Positions 63,520 to 64,000 of a stretch of DNA of 64,000 nucleotides are shown piece by piece. Numbering within the stretch: position 1 is the first letter of the stretch; the number at the start of each line of letters is the position of its first letter. The notes beneath the pieces are model-generated. The model was given only the letters and a program-made list of their open reading frames with translations. It made no database searches and had not been told where the DNA came from. The stretch comes from Escherichia phage DK-13. A program made the position numbers and the translations under genes. The DNA is taken from the sequence record MT611523.1; one strand, 5' to 3'.

Positions 63520-63774
63520 TTACCTCAGCAGTTTGTATCCAATAAGATTTTTAATGTACTGGATATCTTTGACATCCAAATCCAACTTAAGGTCTTTCAG
63601 ACGGTCACCCAGGGTCAAAAAGGTTACATGTTTCCAATTCTTCACTGGGCAACAATAAGTCTTAGGACCATTTGCAATTTCAATATTCTTATCAGTGACG
63701 GTGAGAAAAATCAGGCGCTCATCATCCAGATTAAGGGTAATGATATTTTTCATTGAGTGTAATTTCAGGCTCAT
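63520..63774 (-). CDS. hypothetical protein (84 aa)
   Basis: ATG ORF; start overlaps upstream stop (ATGA). Confidence 0.45.
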   Translation of the reverse strand: MSLKLHSMKNIITLNLDDERLIFLTVTDKNIEIANGPKTYCCPVKNWKHVTFLTLGDRLKDLKLDLDVKDIQYIKNLIGYKLLR

Positions 63775-63947
63775 AATTTAATTTCCTTAGCTACTGAACA
63801 AAATACACCACGGTCACAAATCATTTTAATATTAAGGTCAATTATGGTATACCACACATCCAGGCTAGATATTTCAGTTACTAGAACAGCTTTGCCGTTG
63901 ATTGAATAATACTGGTTGACTTTAATTTCTTTATCTTGGATAGTCAT
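63771..63947 (-). CDS. small hypothetical protein (58 aa)
   Basis: manual translation MTIQDKEIKVNQYYSINGKAVLVTEISSLDVWYTIIDLNIKMICDRGVFCSVAKEIKL; preceded by conserved leader CATCAACTACTGATGAGGAAAAC. Confidence 0.35.
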   Translation of the reverse strand: MTIQDKEIKVNQYYSINGKAVLVTEISSLDVWYTIIDLNIKMICDRGVFCSVAKEIKL

Positions 63948-64000
63948 TATGTTTTCCTCATCAGTAGTTGATGGGATAATGATACATCATTCAAAGGGGC

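Noticed and set aside
63960-63985. Hammerhead-ribozyme-like CUGAUGAG in the conserved leader
   Set aside because: Only some leader copies have CUGAUGA (others read CUGAGGAG or CUGGAGA) and none has the required GAAA box and three-stem arrangement; best explained as leader plus Shine-Dalgarno.
1-64000. tRNA genes, CRISPR arrays, integrase/transposase, prophage att sites
   Set aside because: No cloverleaf-like candidates, repeat-spacer arrays, or recombinase motifs noticed on either strand; gene content is that of a lytic T4-like phage, and the T4 tRNA cluster lies in a map region not covered by this window.

Overview
This window reads as a contiguous ~64 kb segment of a T4-like (Tevenvirinae-type) lytic phage genome, largely syntenic with the T4 map from gene 32 to gene 55. 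Calls rest on reading the six-frame translations against T4 protein sequences as I remember them, plus gene order; no database search was run, so no identity values are given. Minus-strand early/middle genes in T4 order: 32, 59, 33, dsbA, rnh; then asiA, motA, 52, ndd, denB-like, rIIB, rIIA, 39, dexA, dda, modA/modB-like, soc, 56, 61, sp-like, dmd-like, 41, uvsX, imm-like, 43, regA, 62, 44, 45, rpbA-like, 46, 47, 55. Plus-strand late block: long tail fibre genes 34-35-36-37, a T2-type gp38 adhesin and holin t, each unit preceded by a TATAAATA late-promoter motif. Between the conserved genes lie many small ORFs, repeated early-promoter/stem-loop cassettes, C(UUCG)G hairpin terminators and three HNH homing-endonuclease-like genes. 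Differences from T4 itself: gene 39 is one long ORF (no gene 60 split); no beta-gt or gene 42 between uvsX and imm; no alpha-gt between 47 and 55; gp37 carries a C-terminal intramolecular-chaperone-like domain. The most interesting candidate is a 105-aa ORF beside the dmd-like gene with a PARP-like H-G-S / Y-F-x-[DE] signature. No tRNA, CRISPR array, integrase or transposase was recognised. Derived coordinates for small ORFs and regulatory motifs are hand-counted and may be off by a base or two; several ORF-track starts are non-ATG (GTG/TTG) and were moved to an internal ATG with a Shine-Dalgarno where stated.
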